Below, one piece after another: positions 60,406 through 64,000 of a stretch of DNA of 64,000 nt. How positions within the stretch are numbered: position 1 is the first letter of the stretch; the number at the start of each line of letters is the position of its first letter. The position numbers were made by a program, and so were the translations under genes. This DNA comes from Diplonema japonicum (taxonomy: Eukaryota; Protista; Euglenozoa: Diplonemea), in the NCBI GenBank assembly GCA_964019335.1, contig OZ025734.1, forward strand, positions 353,685 through 417,684, given 5' to 3'. Under the pieces are notes generated by a model. It did not search any database and was not told where the DNA came from. It saw only the letters and a list, made by a program, of their open reading frames with translations.

Positions 60406-61298
60406 CAGTGTTGGTCCAGACCCTTGAGGGACAGGACAGGAGTCCCCTGAAATTTTCAGGGGTCTGGAGGGGACTCAGGGGACTGGAGGGACTCAAGGGA
60501 CTCAGGGGACTCAGGCAGTGATGGGTGAATCCTAATTAGGACTAGACCGGACTGGACCAGACTGGACCGGATCTGGTGTGAATTTCGACCCAATTATGCT
60601 GGACTGACTGGACTGACCAGACTGACCAGACTGACCAGACTGGACTGGCAAAAATGAAAACGAAGGCCCTACGGGTGTGCTTCGAGTTGCCCACGAGTTC
60701 AGAGGAGCTTTGGGTTTGCCCTCCGTGTTGCTGGGAAGTTGACAATGGGGCTGACTTAGTTGTCACCGACGAGGGGGCAGATCATGCAGAAGGGGAGGAC
60801 GAGGAGCGTGAGGAAATGACGGACACTGGCGGGGTCGCTGAGGTAGACTTGCTGACGGAGGCAGAAAGCCACGCTGACCCAACGGTACGCCGTTTGGTGC
60901 AGCTGATGGTGGCGAGGAACGACGCGATGGCCCTGAAGCATGAAGCGCTGGAGGCCGAATTAACGGCTCTGTGCAAGGAGAAGAGGACCAGGGTCCCGTT
61001 TGACCTGGATCTTCGGCGGGTCATGGAGTGGGTCCCCTACTTGGATTGCCCTTCGGGGGTGGATGCAATCCTGTCTGCGATCGCATTGCGTTACGGTCCT
61101 TTCGTGGACAAGCCGGAGAGTGACGCCATGCAGGTTGCCACGAATCTATGAGGATCTGGCACTACCTATGGGTAGCTTGCGACGAGGAAGGCAAATGGTC
61201 TAAGGATCTACTTCCAACACTGCACAGTTACATGCTACAGCTTTTGGTCAGTCTGGTAAAATGGGTACACCAGACCAGACCGGATTCACCCATCACTG
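60406..61298 (+). mobile_element. Composite TIR element with 9-bp target-site duplication ATCCTAGGC carrying an ORF fragment
   Basis: ATCCTAGGC at 60397-60405 and 61299-61307. An empty paralogous site (gtacct-attctaggc-cttaatagaggc) lies at about 59898-59925. The 17-bp TIR CAGTGATGGGTGAATCC occurs at 60517 and inverted at 61282-61298. Confidence 0.75.
60654..61151 (+). CDS. Captured ORF fragment (PHD-like WxCPxC tail, acidic linker, coiled coil)
   Basis: 165-aa GC-rich ORF inside the TIR element; the only credible plus-strand ORF in the window. Confidence 0.4.
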   Translation: MKTKALRVCFELPTSSEELWVCPPCCWEVDNGADLVVTDEGADHAEGEDEEREEMTDTGGVAEVDLLTEAESHADPTVRRLVQLMVARNDAMALKHEALEAELTALCKEKRTRVPFDLDLRRVMEWVPYLDCPSGVDAILSAIALRYGPFVDKPESDAMQVATNL

Positions 61299-62382
61299 AT
61301 CCTAGGCCTTAATAGAGGCTTTTAGTGAAGTGGGGTGAAAGTGAGAAGTTTGGGGGTCAAAAAAAAAGGTGCCCAAAAAAAAATTATTTTTCACATGAAC
61401 AAGTGGTCAAAAACACCTGAAAAGTGGTTTTTTTACCTCAGAAAAATTGATTTTTTTCTAAAAGGGTACCTATATCAGGCCTAGTAATGGTCTATCTGTT
61501 GGTTTTCTCTCCTTTATGACTTACCCTTCTCATTCTTTGTATTTACCCCCCCTTTTTTTACTGTACTTTATTGGCAGGTTGTTTTAAAAAATAACCCAAC
61601 AAGACACCCCAATAGCACCAGCAATCTGTCAGAAAAGACTACCTGATAGCCTACCTTGGGTGGAAAGGGGCATGGCTGGCAATATTAGGGTTGAAAGGTC
61701 CCAGCCAAGAAGAAAGACCAACTGCTATTGCTGGGCAAAGAACCAAAAGAATGAAATAAATTCCAAAAAAAAAACCAAGTAAGGGTAAAAGGTTTGAATA
61801 CATGGTTAAATGGGCTATTAAATTCTTTTTTGATTAAGTAACCACAGCTGGGTACTTTAATTTTCAACCCATTTTGGCAACACTGGTACTAAAAAGTTTT
61901 GATTGGGAGATTTACTCTTTCTTTATTAGGTTTAAAAATTAAATAGGTTCAGAAAAAAACTAAAGAATAAATTCAAATGTGTGAAATTGTGTGTTTCCTG
62001 AAAAGTGAGTTATAAGGTGCTAGAATGATATAAATCTTAAATTTTCAGAAGAAAGTTGATTCCTTGAAGAAAAAAAAATTCGATTTGGTAACCACGCTAA
62101 AATTCCAAAAATATCATTCTAAAATGAAGCAGTGATGGGTGAATCCTAATTAGGACTAGACCAGACTGGACCAGACCAGACTGGATCTGGCATGAATTTC
62201 GACCCAATTATGCCGGACTGACCAGACTGACCAGACTGGACCGGACCAGACTGGACCAGACCAGACCAGACCAGACTGGACCAGACTGGACTGGACTGAA
62301 CCAGACTGTACAAGATACAACCACAACACCACATCCCCCCCTTTTTTTGCTGCAGAGTTCAAACATATAAACAGATGTCTAC

Positions 62383-62451
62383 AAGAAAAGATGTTACACA
62401 GGTACTGAGAGACAACAACAACAACAACAAAAACAATGAGAAACGAAGAAG

Positions 62452-62499
<48 letters not shown>

Positions 62500-64000
62500 C
62501 TTCTTTTTCAGGTGGTGGGGATAACATGAAAATATAAGAAAAACATCAGATGTGTTGTTTGCTGTTGACCTCCTCATTGGTCATCACTGAGCAAACCACA
62601 CGAGTGCAGAATCTTGGTTACCCAGGCACCCCGGCTAGGGTTGAGCTGAACCCCACACACATTAAGGACATGACACGGAGCACAGAAGAAGCTACAACTT
62701 GGCTGCAGTGATTAAGGACACGATGCAGAACACAGAAGAAGCTACAACCCGGCTGTGGTGCACCCCCTGTAATCAAGTAGACAGTTCTTGTGCAGGGCAC
62801 CACCAACACCAGCCTCTTTTAACTCATATATATCATTCAGGTGGTGGGGATAACATGGAAATATAAGAAGTACATCAGATGTGTTGTTTGCTGTTGACCT
62901 CCATGTTGGTCATCACCAGTAGTGCCCAAGTGGAGAACATAATGCAGATGCTCAGGGTGATGAATTGGCAGCAAACTGCATGAGCACAGAATCTTGGTTA
63001 CCCCAGGTTGCTACGGCTGGGGTTAAGCTGCACACTGCACACATTAAGAACACAACACAGAACACAGAAGAAGCTACAACTCGGCTGTGGTGCACCCCCT
63101 GTAATCAAGTAGACAGTTCTTGTGCAGGGTGCTGCCAACACCAGCCTCCTTTAACTCATATATTTATCTTCTATATATTATTTTCAGGTGGGGGGGGGAT
63201 AACATGAAAATATGTGCAACAAACAGGCAGTGCAATGCAGGGGTTGAGCTGTACATCCATGCATTAGGGGCATGGCACTGAAAGCAAGGAACCGATCTGT
63301 TTACACAGGTTGTATAAACATACACACCCTCCTCTTATACATATTATTTATTATTTCCCCCCTTTTCTATTACATCCAAATACAACATTTGATGTGGAAA
63401 GCAGAAACAGCTTGGCTTAGGTGTGTGAAAAAATGTGAGAAGACAAGAAAAAAAGATGGAAAAAAAAAAAAAAAAAAAAAAAAGGTAAACACATCATGTA
63501 TGTCAAAAAAAATCAAGGATTTTTTTCTCTTTTTTTTTCCCCATTTTTTTTTTTTTTTTTTTTCCAAAGGGAAAAAAAAAGAAAAAAAAAAAGTTGCAAA
63601 ACTATCAAAAATAATGACAGTGTTGGGGAGAGTCCCGTGAGTCCCGTCGAGTCCTGTCCCATGGAGTCCCATGAGTCCCATCCAGGCCCGTATTCTGTTT
63701 TAGGGGATGGGATGGGACTGACCAACACTGGTTGTGTCCTTAATGTGTGTGGGGTTCAGCTCAACCCTAGCCAGGGCGCCCTGGGTAACCAAGATTCTGC
63801 ACTCGTGTGGTTTGCTCAGTGATGACCAATGAGGAGGTCAACAGCAAACAACACATCTGATGTTTTTCTTATATTTTCATGTTATCCCCACCACCTGAAA
63901 AAGAAGATAAAGGTTTTTTTTTTTTTTTTTTTTTCTTCGTTTCTCATTGTTTTTGTTGTTGTTGTTGTTGTCTCTCAGTACCTGTGTAACATCTTTTCTT
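62383..64000. repeat. Long inverted repeat (62383-62670 vs 63734-64000, running off the window) enclosing about 330-350-bp tandem units
   Basis: Arms are near-perfect reverse complements. Tandem units start CAGGTGG..GGGATAACATG at 62509, 62838 and 63185. Confidence 0.85.

Larger units (their letters stand above)
59248..64000. repeat. Nest of non-autonomous DNA-transposon (MITE-like) elements with CAGTG(T/A)TG termini and short subterminal tandem repeats
   Basis: Left ends at 59662, 60184, 60406, 60517, 62130, 63618; right ends at 61222, 61298, 61885, 62589, 63730. Subterminal GGGACAA, GGGACTC, GGGGGGCA and CCAGA/CTGGA repeats. Confidence 0.7.

Overview
Eukaryotic nuclear DNA, most likely from a euglenozoan and probably a diplonemid. 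This assignment is inferred from three things: all 17 credible host genes lie head-to-tail on the minus strand like a polycistronic unit, polypyrimidine/AG trans-splice-like acceptors precede several genes, and a few very short cis-introns are present. Genes include a 3742-aa IPT/EGF/multi-TM receptor-like protein, a C2-Kelch protein extended by two introns, meiotic HOP1, BTB-BACK-SPRY, PDZ-coiled-coil (one intron), a PAN/apple surface protein, WD40, an Asp-box propeller, gamma-glutamyltranspeptidase, a signal-peptide-bearing spermidine-synthase-like enzyme, a SAM-domain protein, a bacterial-type DPPW methyltransferase, a RING/IBR protein and a receptor-type pseudo-adenylate cyclase. The most striking non-coding structure is two arrays 44 kb apart (224-966 and 45119-46280) built from four shuffled near-identical modules. 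On the minus strand these read as two single-hairpin AGA-box (H/ACA-like) RNAs and two hairpin-containing C/D-box RNAs. Also present: three A-rich GT-AG introns without a polypyrimidine tract, an internally deleted LINE whose 3' tail recurs upstream of HOP1, an LSU-rRNA fragment beside a decayed LINE end, and a nest of CAGTG-ended MITE-like elements at 59.2-64 kb. One of these has a 9-bp TSD and carries a captured ORF. All domain and rRNA-target assignments are by eye from recalled motifs; no searches were run.
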